NCBI GenBank assembly: GCA_951406725.2
Contig: OX597821.1
Coordinates: forward strand, 91,326,001-91,390,000
Reading direction: 5' to 3'
Source of the DNA: Octopus vulgaris
Taxonomy: Eukaryota
Length of the DNA: 64,000 nt
Shown: positions 1-12,779 of the stretch, one piece after another
Layout of the letters: the number at the start of each line of letters is the position of its first letter
How positions within the stretch are numbered: the first letter of the stretch is position 1
Made by a program: the position numbers and the translations under genes
Notes under the pieces: model-generated
What the model was told of the DNA's origin: nothing
The model's input: the letters and a program-made list of their open reading frames with translations, nothing else
Databases searched by the model: none

Positions 1-5
1 GGTCA

Positions 6-330
6 GTGTGTGTGCCTATGCATGCATGCATGTATGTACGTATGTATGTGTGTATGCATGTGTATGTATGTATGTATATATGTGTATGTATGTATATATG
101 TATGCATGTGTGTGTATCTGTATGTATGTATCCTGCATATTCATGTGTTTGCTTATCCGTGTTTGTGTATTTTCTATGTATGTGTATGTGTGAGCGTGTG
201 TTTGTATATGTATGCACTTCTGTCTCCTTGTGTGTGCATGTTTGTCTCTGTATGTGAGTGTGTGTGTGTGCGTGTGTTATGCAACTAATGTACCATGTTT
301 GTATGTATGGATGTGCATCTCTATATGTGT
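6..330. repeat. Degenerate (TG)n/(TATG)n microsatellite
   Basis: Direct reading; explains the MCV-rich ORFs. Confidence 0.95.
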
Positions 331-525
331 GCTGTGTAAATAATTAAAAAGGTTGCAAGACACAACGAAAGTTTCAGGAAAATAAAAAAAATATATAACT
401 GGAAAAATTACCGGTGAGTGCAATTATAAGGTAGAGAAAGAAAATGACTCTCCCTGGACACAACAGAATATGTTTCAACACACGAACTCATATAAAGAAT
501 TTTGCAAACCAAATCCCAAAACGAA

Positions 526-602
526 ATATATATATATATATATGTATGTATGTATATGTATATTATTTTCTTTGTAGTTTGATCGCAGCTGATCTACTTC
601 TA

Positions 603-666
<64 letters not shown>

Positions 667-946
667 ATGTATATTATTTTCTATGTAGTTTGATCGCAGG
701 TGATCTACTTCTAGCATATGGCTGACCACATAGTGGTCTTTTAGCCCTTTAAATATATATATATGTATATATGTATATATATATATATGTATATATATAT
801 ATGTGTGTGTGTGTGTATGTATATATATATATATGTATATATATATGTATACGTGTATGTATGTATGCATGTACATATGTATGTATGCATATACATATGT
901 ATGTACATACATATATATGTGTATATATATGTGTGTTTCATATATT

Positions 947-1022
<76 letters not shown>

Positions 1023-1032
1023 CACACACACA
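526..1032. repeat. (TA)n/(TATG)n microsatellite complex containing a ~66-bp direct duplication (541-608 / 652-719)
   Basis: ...tattattttct(t/a)tgtagtttgatcgcag(c/g)tgatctacttctagcatat occurs twice, separated by (AT)n. Confidence 0.9.
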
Positions 1033-1465
1033 GAACGATTTATATACCCATTAAGCATTTCTGTAAGCAGACTAATAACCGTGGTCAGTTGAATCTCGAA
1101 ATATGTACTTCATCTCTCTGTCTCATCTTCTCTTCTCCTTCCACGCAACTTACTTAACCCGCTCTGCACAGAGATGCTATCCTCCAGTCCCCGCGTGAGC
1201 GGCATCGACTAAGGTACCCTAGGATAGCTTGTCTAGTACCAGGCTGTTCCTCCTGCTAGCCACTAAAGCACGTGAAATAAGCACGATCGGCCAGTAAATA
1301 AGCACTACCATTATATTGCATCATTTTTAGAACTATGAATATTCTGTCATAATGACAATTTCTCGAGACATAAAAGCAGTATATACATATATAATATTCG
1401 TAAGATATAAATAGAGTAGTGACCTTTTTATCTTTTTCTTTTGGAAATTTTACTACTAGTGGCCT

Positions 1466-1829
1466 CTCTCTCTCTCTCTATCCGCTCAGTCGAAGTCGAC
1501 TCTCCTTCACTCGTTGGATCAGCGTCCTCCAGTCAGTTCTATCCTGTGCCGCTTCCTTCAGATTGGCCATGTCCATTCCGGTATCACTCCTGATGGTGTC
1601 AAGCAAGCGGGTTCTTGATCGACCTCTTCTTCTCTTGCCACTGACCATTCCGAGCATGATGTCCTTCTCCAGGGATTCTCTCCGCATAATATGACCGAAA
1701 TATGCCAATCTACGCTTGGTGATCTCAGCTTCTAGCGACATTTTCGGCCTTATCTGCTTAAGAACTTCTCCATTGGTGAGCCTCGCTGTCCATGGAATCC
1801 GCAAAAGTCTTCTCCAACACCAAAGCTGT
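1466..1829 (-). mobile_element. 5'-truncated RTE-clade LINE (BovB-like C-terminus) with (GA)n tail
   Basis: Translation LWCWRRLLRIPWTARLTNGEVL...YFGHIMRRESLEKDIMLGMVSGKRRRGRSRTRLLD...WRTLIQRVKESRLRLSG* matches the RTE/BovB ORF C-terminus; the stop is followed by (GA)n; candidate TSD gtggcct at 1459-1465 and 1830-1836. Confidence 0.93.
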
Positions 1830-2029
1830 GTGGCCTAGCGTGTATAAAAAGTCAATAGACAACATATTCTCAATACAGAATAGTGTACATACACACACAC
1901 ACACATATAGTTAGAAGTTGTGTTGACCTGATGAAAGGATGGTTTCATCCAAAGAAATACTGTAAGTGAAAACGGCCAATTTACTGTTAATAATAAACAA
2001 TTCTTAACTTTCTAATCTCCATTTTTCTT

Positions 2030-2410
2030 CTTATACACACACACATACAAACACACACACACACACACATATGCATAGTCATGCGTGTGTATGTGTGTGT
2101 GTGTGTGTGTGCATGTGTGCGTGTGTGATTGTGTGTGAGTGTGTTGGATACATACCGAAAAATAAGTGCTATTACGTAGCATGCAAGGATGATGGAAAAT
2201 ATTACACTCAACGTTTCGCTAAAGTATATATACATGTATGTATGTTTTTATGTGTACATATACAGACTATATATATATACACATGCATGCATACATACAT
2301 ACATACATACATACACACATACATACATGCATGCATACATACATACATACATACATACATACATACATACATACATACATACATACATACATTCTTGTAT
2401 GCATGCATGA
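2030..2410. repeat. (CA)n/(TG)n and (CATA)n microsatellites
   Basis: Direct reading. Confidence 0.9.
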
Positions 2411-2784
2411 TTGTGTTTTTTCTATTGGCAAGAAAACTTGAAATAGAACCGATTCATTCACTACATGCCATATATCAGAAGAGGTTTTCAAATAATGAAA
2501 GTGCAACAATTGGGGTACCCCAACAGCGGTACCCCAATTTGAACTCAGCTCTCCAAATGAAACTACTAAAAGAATAACAGAAAGAATAAATAGCGAGAGA
2601 GAGAGACAGACAGACAGACTGACAGCAAAATTAACCAAGCAATAATTATTATTGTAAGAATTATACGTAATCAGAAAGCTTCCATTAATGTTATTCATAG
2701 AAGGCGGCGAACTGACAGAAATTTCAAAACGTCTTCTTAGAATAGAAAGGGTTATTGTTATTCACAGATAAAACTTCTGATACC

Positions 2785-3012
2785 TATTTCTTTATTACCC
2801 ACAAGGGGCCAAACATAGAGGGGACAAACAAGGACAGACATAGGTATTAAGTCGATTACATCGACCCCAGTGCGTAACTGGTACTTAATTTATCGACCCT
2901 GAAAGGATGAAAGGCAAAGTCGACCTCGGCGGAATTTGAACTCAGAACGTAGCGACAGACAAAATACCGCTATGCATTTTGCCCGGCGTGCTAACGGTTC
3001 TGCCAACTCACC
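2785..3012 (-). mobile_element. SINE family B (tRNA-like head, gtcgactttgcctttcatcc...gtcgataaattaagtaccag core)
   Basis: Near-identical to copies at 37645, 39412, 47065 and 57290; B-box-like gagttcaaattcc. Confidence 0.85.
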
Positions 3013-3296
3013 ATGGTCATGTCTTTGATATTAAAACAATAAAGACAATCCATTCGGCAGCTGAGGATATAAAGTTTCTTGAGTAAGTAGTGTGTTTTCT
3101 TTCATTTTGTTTTACCTCTTTATTTGCATTATCTCCGTAATTATTTTCCTATATTTGGAATATTAATTCTGTTAATTTTATTGTGCTTTCTGATGTTGTG
3201 AACATGTTGGACTTTTGTAAAAAGAACTATTTGTGGTAGTATGTATGTATTTATGTATGTGTGTATATATGCATGTATGATGTATGTATGCATATA

Positions 3297-3344
<48 letters not shown>

Positions 3345-4799
3345 TATACATATATATATAATATTCGTAGCCACTTTAACATGGCTGTCCATTCCAGCGA
3401 ACTCTACTGTGACTTTTTAGCCCCAAGGGGACATCTCCTCCAGCTGGTTAACGATGCACAGCTGTATCTTATACGTGTATGTGTGTGTGTGTGTGTACAC
3501 GGAAAGGGAGGGAGAGAACAATATATAAATACCCAAGTATATACGCCTGTATATATGGAATGCACTTGAAGATACACTCATGAACACTTGGGAAAGTTAA
3601 TGCGTGCAACATGCACCCCAGTGCACACACAAACAAATATAATCTGATTTATTTCTAAAACGGTTGAACAAAACAATCGAAGAGCACAATTAGAAAAAGA
3701 CACACAGACAACTACATAGCCAATGAGATAACTGCATCATCTCATACATAAAATATACCCTTATAGTTATACATATAACCACAAAAAAATGTTATGTTTT
3801 TATACAAACATATTGCTCATATGTAAAGCGTAAGAAATATTTTCAAACTAAGTTTCCAGGTTTAGAACAAATACACGTTTACAAAAACAAAAATGCATGC
3901 CCGTACACAAGCTCTTGTCTACATAACTAAAGATACACACCGCTAAGAACCACAACAATATACATATAGAGAGAAACTTCTTGTACAGAATAAAATCCAA
4001 AGAAATCCAAATGAAAATCTGTGGGTATTACTAATTTCAAAAGTTTTTTTTCTGGAATATATTTGAAACTGCTATAGTTTTAAATAAACTTAAAAACTAG
4101 GAAAGACATATATCAATATATGAATAAAACCTCACAGAAATTAAATGTGTGCACACATACATTCGTATATACATGTAGAAGCACATTATTTCACACATGC
4201 TGAAGTGTATATTCATATAAACAAGTTCTTATGGATACAAACGAATACACACTCACTAACTACATACACGGGCATGCGTACAGTGAATATGTGTGTGCAT
4301 ATAGTGAATGCATGATCAGGCACATACGAAGTATTTGAGCTAACAATTGACATTAAGAATTTTTAAATCAATTTATGCGTGTCTGCTAGTATGTATGGGA
4401 TATATATGTATGTGTGTAAGTGAACAAACACACACACACACATTCACATGCGCATGTGCATATATATATATATATATATATACATATACAGACACACACA
4501 AACCTACGTGTGTATGTGCGTGTTCGTGCATATGTTAGTGTGTGTATATGTGCATGTAGAATAAGAAATGAAATGAGAAATGGAGAAAGCTTCTAACAAT
4601 GCAAAAAATTTACAACAATCTTCATATTTCGGGGCGCTGAGTCCTTTATTCAGCAGGGTACTATCGAAGAAATCTGTGTCCACTTAGATCCATAACATTC
4701 ACCACCATCAACAACCGTCTACCACTGCTACCAACTTACAGCTAGCTTTCCACCGCCTTCCCCAGCGTAACCTCTATGGTACCAACATCATCATCATGT

Positions 4800-7056
4800 G
4801 GGGTGCAGCTACTAACAAAAACACCGGATTAAAACGAGGTCCCTGCCCATCGGGTTATCCAAAATGACAGGATCTACGCAGGCACACATTTATTTCACTG
4901 TATCCTTTGGAAGATAAGCCTTTTCACTCGAAATATTCTGTATTGATAGGTTTTCTCATTTCTTATTTCATTTATCATCCTCTTTCTGTACCTTTTACAA
5001 ACATTATAATGATGTTAAAGGCACTTGATTGCCCGTTCTGCACTCTGATTTGTTCTGGGAATTTCCAGTTTTAATGGTTCTCGATTTCAAAAGATTTTTA
5101 CGGAGATCCGTGCCTTTTTATGAACTTACAGGCTACCACATAAGATCTGATAATTATGTGCATTGAACATTTGGTGAGAAAACCAAAAATCTGCCCAGCG
5201 GTAAGAGATAAATCGACAATCATTGAGAGGCAAAAGTCTTTTGTCTGGTAGAATAACTGCCAAAAGATCTAGTGTTGCTCGTGAATTCCATCTTGCATAA
5301 CTTAAGTTGGGTATTTTTTGAAACTTTACAACAGGAAATTTGCCGGTTTCTTCAAAGAAACGAAAATCTCTGGTCAAATGAAATTGAAATTTCATGTCAT
5401 CTCGCCATCCTGCTGATTCGGTAATCTTTTCTTCTCCATTGTTAAAATTAGTCTGGAGTTTCTCGTAATTACTTAGAAGCTCTAGGATGAATGTTTATTT
5501 CATATTGGGAAAGGATTTTTTCTCCAAGTTCGTTATCCATTACAACAAGAAGAAGCCCTTTTGAGCAAACAGTCTTTGCAACTGAATGACAATGCCATTT
5601 CTTTTCGCAGTGTTTACACTCGTTGTATCAGCGGCAATCATCTTTACACGGTTCCATAAATTGTATTCATCTAAAACAGCTATTATTCCTTTCACAACAG
5701 TATCGGCTTTTCCGTTTGGTAATTGGAGTGCTTCTAACTAAACTTCTCTCTGTCCATTCTTTAAAACTAGCACTTGGTATTCTTGGTCAGCAATACGTTT
5801 ACCATCGAAATGCAATGATCAGTTTCCGAAATGCAGCATTTTCTTCGTTTCCTTTTTTTTTTTAGTTTAACAGATTCTTTGATAGTCGATCTGTATATAG
5901 CAGATTGGGAAGGAGTCTCGACATTGATTGCATCTTGAGATAATTGTGGACTAACTGTTGCTGCTTTTTGGGTTGATAGCTTGGAAGATATTACTAACTT
6001 GGTTGCACTTCTAGTTTTGCTATACTTCTTCCTTGTTTGTGTGGATTCTTCATCTGATTTTTCGGACTCTTGATATTCATTTTCAGTCTCTGCTTTAGAC
6101 GTTGACGATGATACTGGAGTTGCTCTGGTTGAAGTTGGCATTAAGGACATTTTTCTTCTTTTGGACGGATGGATAGTTTTGAAACTGACTGCCTTTCCAG
6201 TTCTATACCTAACCTGTCCTTTGCTTTCAATTTGAAGATAATATAACCTTCTATCTTCACTGCAAAGTCATTGACCGTTTTCCTTTGTGATGTCAAAAAT
6301 TTCTTTCAATGAATCATATTTTCCTCATTTTACACATTTATCGTAAGTATTCAGTACTTATTCTAATTTTGCCTGTACATTTTGAATTGATAAATATGGG
6401 AAATTTAATTTCTTTTGCTATAAAATAAGTTACTTCTTTCTAAATTTCCTTTGTATTTCTTTCTTTCCTTTGATGGTACCTCCAAGGAACAGGTGGCGAC
6501 CGACAATTTGAAGTTTCATTGGTATCATGCAGTTGTTTTCCAAAGAATGCTCTTCTTGAGACATGAACTTGCACGAGATTTTTCATCCAGATATTTTTGT
6601 TTCTTTGAGTGGTACAAGCACTTCTTTCATGAGATATTATTTTAGATAATCTAGTTGGATAAGCCTACTATTCTGAAAAACAGTTAATGTAGTCAGAGTT
6701 TTTAGTGTGGCAGAAATAAAAAGGAGAGGAAAAAGGTATTTCCTAAAGTAGGGCCTTAAGTGGTAACAAATTAAAAATTCTATAAGTAAACTTGAAAGCC
6801 GAAATTTGAGATATATAGTGCTTCTGCATTTCATTAAGTCAGCACACAAAGTTTGGTAACAACTTGAGTAGGCATTATGAACCCCAGTAGAATTTTGCAT
6901 GATTTGGGTCAAAAGCGGTGTTAGATTTCCTAAGTTGGGGTGACTTTTTTTAGAGTCTTAAATTATAGGTTATTTTCTTTACTTATAAAAAATTGTTCAT
7001 CGACTTTTAATACAGGAAATTGTTTACTTTCAAAAAATTAAAACGATATAACCCTG

Positions 7057-7060
<4 letters not shown>
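4800..7060 (-). pseudogene. Decayed DDE DNA transposase, hAT-related (hATm-like), with flanking element sequence
   Basis: Minus-strand translation across stops and frameshifts: SLHFDGKRI..., MIAADTTSVNTAKRNG, GWRDDMKF, SYARWNSRA; these resemble the HWDGK / DTTxxNTG / RDD / ARW motifs of this group. Element ends not resolved. Confidence 0.7.
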
Positions 7061-7093
<33 letters not shown>

Positions 7094-7837
7094 ATGTATG
7101 TATGTATGTATGTGAATGTATGTATGTACGCATGTATATATATATGTATGTATGTATACATAACAACATTAAGAATATATAAATATATATATTTATTTAT
7201 ATATTCTTAACAACTTTAGATAATTCCCCTCTCCTAAATATCTCTTCCTGCAGTTTTCTTACAGGCCATCTTATTTCTTCGAACTTTTTTTATCAGTCAT
7301 TTTATTTTGTTTTTCTTCTCTGTGCTTCCGGCTACGTCACTAATTTCAAATTACATCTTCAGCAAGTTAACTTAGGATTCCTTAACAACAATGTAACCTT
7401 CATACAATTAAGGAAACTTCATACAATTAATACAATTAAGCCTAATGAGTAGCTAGCTGAGTACCCCTCGTGAGTAATTATTACATCAGAGGATCTACTA
7501 TGTAGGAAATATATGTCACCTGAATTTTACCTGCTCCCCTTCCTCAATTTTGATTTCTATTCGCATTTATAGCAACTCAAATTGCTAACAGTAAGCTATA
7601 AAAGTTTTTTCAGCTTATCGAATATCGATATAGGAAACCTACAACGCTCGACACCAATAGATTATTATTGCTTCTGAACGTTATTTTTATACCTACCACG
7701 GACTGCTCAAAGCTTAAAACTTCTTGCAATTAATTCCTTGGATCTTATAATTACTAATCCATATATATATAAATGCATGTATAACTATATATATGTATGT
7801 ATGTTTGCATGTGCGTGAGTCTCTCTATATATATATG

Positions 7838-7990
7838 CCGGAGTAAACACATAAATGTGAAACAAGGTGGAAAAAAGAGTACTCAAATACCAGAGGTAGA
7901 GTAATATGCTTTATTTAAAAGCAGCAGAAATTTAACAAAAGCTGTTACTCGGAGTTTCACGTTCCCGTTCGTCGGACAGTTTTGATAAAA
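7838..7990 (-). mobile_element. Penelope-type terminal repeat (family 1) abutting (TA)n
   Basis: Nearly the same sequence as 61637-61783; carries a hammerhead motif. Confidence 0.7.
7936..7984 (-). ncRNA. Minimal type-I hammerhead ribozyme motif (U4>C variant)
   Basis: Minus strand: caaaaCUGU-CCGACGA-acg-ggaa-cgu-GAAA-cuc-c-gag-UA-ACAG-cuuuug; stems I, II and III all pair. Confidence 0.7.
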
Positions 7991-8395
7991 TAGAACCGAG
8001 ATGACGATTAGATCAAAACTAGCGTAAACGATACACCTTTAAAAATGGATTTGTTTGATTGGTCCTTTCAAATAACGGTCATATGCGAGCGATAAACAAA
8101 ATAAACAAAACAAAATAAATGAGTTCAATATAAAATTATAAAAATCGAGGAAAAACCTTAAATCTAAGAGTTGATTCAAATACATATTATCATTGATTAT
8201 GTGGAAAATATAATTTGATTAATACAATTAATACGTAAAAGTTGAAATCAAAATATATTAAAATATTTCACAAAAGTACATACTCATACTAAACCATCAA
8301 TATACATGTTTACATCAAAATAAACAGATAGATGTGCGCAGACCACATACATATATAGACATATAAATGCAAAACGAAAATATACACACAAATAC

Positions 8396-8440
<45 letters not shown>

Positions 8441-8557
8441 CATACATATATATATATATACACGTATATGCAATTGCATATGTACACATACAAATACATA
8501 CTCACAAATATATACATGTATGTTTGGGTGCGTATATATATATATATATATATATAA

Positions 8558-8917
8558 GGCGCTGAGTGGTTTTGTGGTAAGAAGCTTGCTTTCCAACCAC
8601 ATGGTTCCGGGTTCTGTCCCTCTGCGTTCCACCTTGACCAAGTGTCTTCTCCTATAGCCTCGGGCCGACCAAAGCCTTGTGAATGGATTTTGATTTGGTG
8701 TATGTATGTCTATTTGTGTGTCTCTGTCCCCCACCATCATCGCCTGACAATCGATGTTGGTGCGTTTACGTCTCCGTAACATAGCGGTTCAGCAAAAGAC
8801 ACCAATGAAATATGTACTAGGCTTACAAAGAATAAGTCCTGGGGTCGATTTGTTCGACTAAACGCGGTGCTCCAGCATGGCCGCAGTCAAATGACTGAAA
8901 GAAGTAAAAGAATAAAA

Positions 8918-8920
<3 letters not shown>
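8558..8920 (+). mobile_element. SINE family A (tRNA-like head ggcgcaggagtggctgtgtggtaag, internal TA/TG microsatellite, (taaaaga)n tail)
   Basis: Homologous to more than 15 other copies in the window; flanked by (TA)n. Confidence 0.9.
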
Positions 8921-8968
<48 letters not shown>

Positions 8969-8970
<2 letters not shown>

Positions 8971-9364
8971 CGCAGGAGTGGCTGTGTGGTAAGTAACTTG
9001 TTTACCAACCACATGGTTCCGGGTTCAGTCCCACTGCGTGGCACCTTGGGCAAGTGTCTTCTACTATAGCCTCGGGCCAACCAAAGCCTTGTGAGTGGAT
9101 TTGGTAGAGGGAAACTGAAAGAAGCCCGTCGTATATATGTATATATATGCGTGAGTGTGTATATGTTTGTGTCTGTGTTTGTCCCCCTAGCATTGCTTGA
9201 CAACCGATGCTGGTGTGTTTATGTCCCCATTACTTAGCGGTTCGGCAAAAGTGACCGATAGAATAAGTACTGGGCTTACAAAAGAATAAGTCCCGGGGTC
9301 GAGTTACTCGATTAAAGGCGGTGCTCCGCAGTCAAATGACTGAAACAAGTAAAAGAGTAAAAGA

Positions 9365-9365
<1 letters not shown>
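8969..9365 (+). mobile_element. SINE family A, full length, in (TA)n
   Basis: A-box-like tggctgtgtgg, B-box-like ggttcagtcc, CORE-like accttgggcaagt. Confidence 0.92.
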
Positions 9366-9402
<37 letters not shown>

Positions 9403-9611
9403 GGGTGCGGGAAAGCTTTTTTTTTAACAATCACTCTTCGTATGAAATAACTGTTATGCTTTTTAATGAGTTCCAGTCAACTTTTATATGATGTAGTAAT
9501 GGCATGAGTTACATTGTTGTCTGAGAAGAGAAATATAAGAACACTGGACACCGCAAGCAATAACGCCGCCAACACCGCCTTAACGACGAAAAAGGCAGCT
9601 ACAACCGTATG

Positions 9612-10050
9612 ATGAAGAAGAAGGAGGAGGAGGAGGAGGAGAAGAAGAAGAAGAAGAAGAAGAAGAAGAAGAAGAAGAGAAAAAGAAAAAGAAGAAGAGA
9701 AGAAGAAAAAGAAGAAGAGAAGAAGAAGAAGAAGAAGAAGAAGAAGAAGAAGAAGAAGAAGAAGAAGAAGAAGAAGAAGGAGAAGACGAAGAATAAGAAA
9801 AGAAAGAGGAGAAGAAGAAAAAGAAGGAGGAGAAGGAGAAGAAGAAGAAGAAGAAGAAGAAGAAAAAAACAAGAAGAAGAAGAAGGAGGAGGAGAAGACG
9901 AAGAAGGAGAAGACGAAGAAGAAGAAAAAGAAGAAGAAAAAGAAGAAGAAGAAGGAGAAGACAAAGAAGGAGAAGACGAAGAAGAAGAAGAAGAAAAAGA
10001 ACTGGTGGTAATAGTAGTAGTAGTAGTAGTAGTACCGCTACCACCAGTAC
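9612..10050. repeat. (GAA)n/(GGA)n polypurine array followed by (GTA)n
   Basis: Direct reading. Confidence 0.95.
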
Positions 10051-10479
10051 AAGAAATATAAATACCAATTCCCAAACGTCTGAGAGTATATGGTTTACAG
10101 TAACTGAGATATTATATGTCTAGACTTGTCTGACTGACAAGTTGCTGTTGTTGTTGTTTTTGTTGTTGTTGTTGTTGATGATGATGATGATGGTGACGAC
10201 GTCAACTATGACGACGATGATAATGATGACGGTGATGATTATTCTGTTGTTTAGCCCCCAAGTGAAATGATTATATGATTGAGTAGAAATATAACTAGCA
10301 CTCCGACGTTGACCATGCTCATAGTTTGTCTCCTTTTTGCTGAGAACTCGGGCTGATATTAACCCTTATGTCTTTTGTTAATAGCCAGGTAGCATCTGAA
10401 AGGGATTTTGCTGCTACAGAATAGCAGGAGATAGTGACCTATTACATACAAAACGATTTGAAGTTGTTTCTATAAAACA

Positions 10480-10935
10480 AAATGCCGTGAGCAAATTGCA
10501 CTGACCAGATCTGCAGCTGGAATAAAGGTTTTAGGCAGACAAAATTTTATATGATGTTGAAATTGTATATTAGATAATTTCCATAGCTAAGAGAAAGAAC
10601 GGAAGTAACTGGGATGGAGAAGGGAACAATATCAGGTAACTAAAAGAGTAACTAGACATCGAGCATACCTAGCAAAATTAGAAACGAAATTGTAAGAGGT
10701 TTACCAATGTTCTGCGATGCGAAGGCGTCGTTAATAAGAACTGTGTACGCTAAGGAAAGCGGCGCGCTCACCCTCAGAGATGTTGGCAAGGATAAAGCGT
10801 AGAAATAATTTTACAAGAGGTTGAAAATGCTAAGGGAGAATGTAATATTTGTACAGCCAGAGAAAAAAGGCTCATTAAACCTGGAGATCTTAGTGACATC
10901 ATGGATATATCTGAATGCCAAATTGGAAATACGCA
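10480..10935 (-). mobile_element. Possible highly decayed L2/CR1-group LINE 3' fragment
   Basis: Weak resemblance to the fragments at 13950 and 32670; no clean reading frame. Confidence 0.3.
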
Positions 10936-11262
10936 GTGGTTGTAAATATACCGACAAGTTCATTTTATGTAGCTGCTCATGAGCACCCTAAATGGACACT
11001 GTCTTCACCCAGTTCCGGGCAACGAGTGATGAGATAAGGAAAAAAAATTGCTCAGTTATTGAGTTATTCATTTATTTCATTTTCTTTCTTCTGATATTTG
11101 GTTTTTATTTCATATCCTTCGTGCTTCTCTCTCTTTTGTGGTCCGAAATTCCATTACCAAACTCTATATCGAGGGAAAATGCCACAACTTGGACGTCCGA
11201 ATATATTGATATATACAATTTAATGTAATTTTTTTTCTTTTTGTACCATCTGAATGGTTACC

Positions 11263-11334
<72 letters not shown>

Positions 11335-11376
11335 ACAAACAGACAGATAGATAGACAGACAGACAGACAGACAAAC

Positions 11377-11455
<79 letters not shown>

Positions 11456-11560
11456 CTGATACACAGATAGATAAACAAACAGACAGATAGATATATAGAC
11501 AGAGAGACAGACAGACAGATATATATATATATATATATATAAACAGACAGACAGACAGAC

Positions 11561-11648
<88 letters not shown>
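11263..11648. repeat. Compound (TA)n-(GA)n-(GACA/GATA)n microsatellite
   Basis: Direct reading. Confidence 0.95.
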
Positions 11649-11899
11649 GCACACAGAATAAGTAAGTGACGTATGCAAATAAAGCGTGCATTGAATTTTC
11701 ACAAAGAATTAATACTGAAAAATTATTCAATAAATACTTTTAAAAATGTTTGAGAATCGGCGAAGGTTGTAAACAAAAGATGTTTGGTAATTGTTTAGCA
11801 ATTTCTTAAAGATTATTTGGTAAACGTTTTCTAATGTGTTGACAAAAGGTTACTGCTTGAAGTAGTAATGGTTTCTGGTTGTGGTACCAGAGCAGCAGT

Positions 11900-12237
11900 T
11901 TAGGGTTAACTGATGTCAACAACACCAGAATTTAACTGTTATTTCATTCTGTTGACACCGAAAGGATGAAAGGCAACCATGACCGTGGCGGGATTTGAAA
12001 CCGGAATGTGAAACACAACTAGGTACTTTGCCCAACGCTCAAAGACAGTAGTTTTATGGAGGGGACACTAGTTTACACGATCGGCACTATTTGAGTAGCA
12101 CCTCTATTTACCGAGTCAGAAGGGAAGTAAGGCAAAGCTGACCTCGGCAGGGATCCAACTCAGAATGCAAAGAAGAGGCCGAAATACTGCAAAGCATTTT
12201 TCAAACGCTCTAACGATTCTGCTAGCTCACCGTCTTA
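11900..12237 (-). mobile_element. Two degenerate SINE family B copies in tandem
   Basis: gaaaggatgaaaggcaa...ggcgggatttgaa at about 11960; ggcaaagctgacctcggcaggga...ctcagaa at about 12130. Confidence 0.7.
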
Positions 12238-12779
12238 GAGCTCATAGAAATAATGAGAGATTTTGGCTATAATAGGACGAAAAGTAGAAAATTAGAAAGT
12301 TTTCTTTGCAGACAATGCAGAAATTATAAAATTGATAAATGACTTGAAAAATTAGTAATACATGAAAATATTGATTCCTAAGTATGTGTGTGTGTATGTG
12401 TATGTGTGTGTGTAATTCATAAATTTTTGAAAAAGAGATATGAAGACATAATAATTATTAAATGTTTTGTTATAATAGTCTTGGCATAAATTAATGAAAC
12501 CTGTCGGCCTGAAGCACATAGTTGCTTAGGATAGCTCAGACAGCATGGAGTAGGGCACATAGGTTTCAACCATGCCATATGAGATGCAGTTTACTGGCTG
12601 CATGTATTGTAACGATTGATGTGGAATGACCCATCCAGGTTCTAGGCTGAGGGATGCCGGTTTTGGTTGGAAAACATAACTATGAGATAAACTATATGAG
12701 TTGAAGGTGTTGAATGGAGTTTAGTGGGATAAGGACATGTAGATAACGTGGGCCTTGTTTGATACATGAAGTATTTAAT

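Noticed and set aside
8823-9203. Recurring ORF 'RASFSFRLPNPLTRLWSARGYSRRHLPK...' (also at 16672, 37135, 39610, 55899, 61138)
   Set aside because: Antisense reading of SINE family A, not a gene family
9477-10075. Poly-K/E/R and poly-L/S/F ORFs
   Set aside because: Translations of the GAA microsatellite
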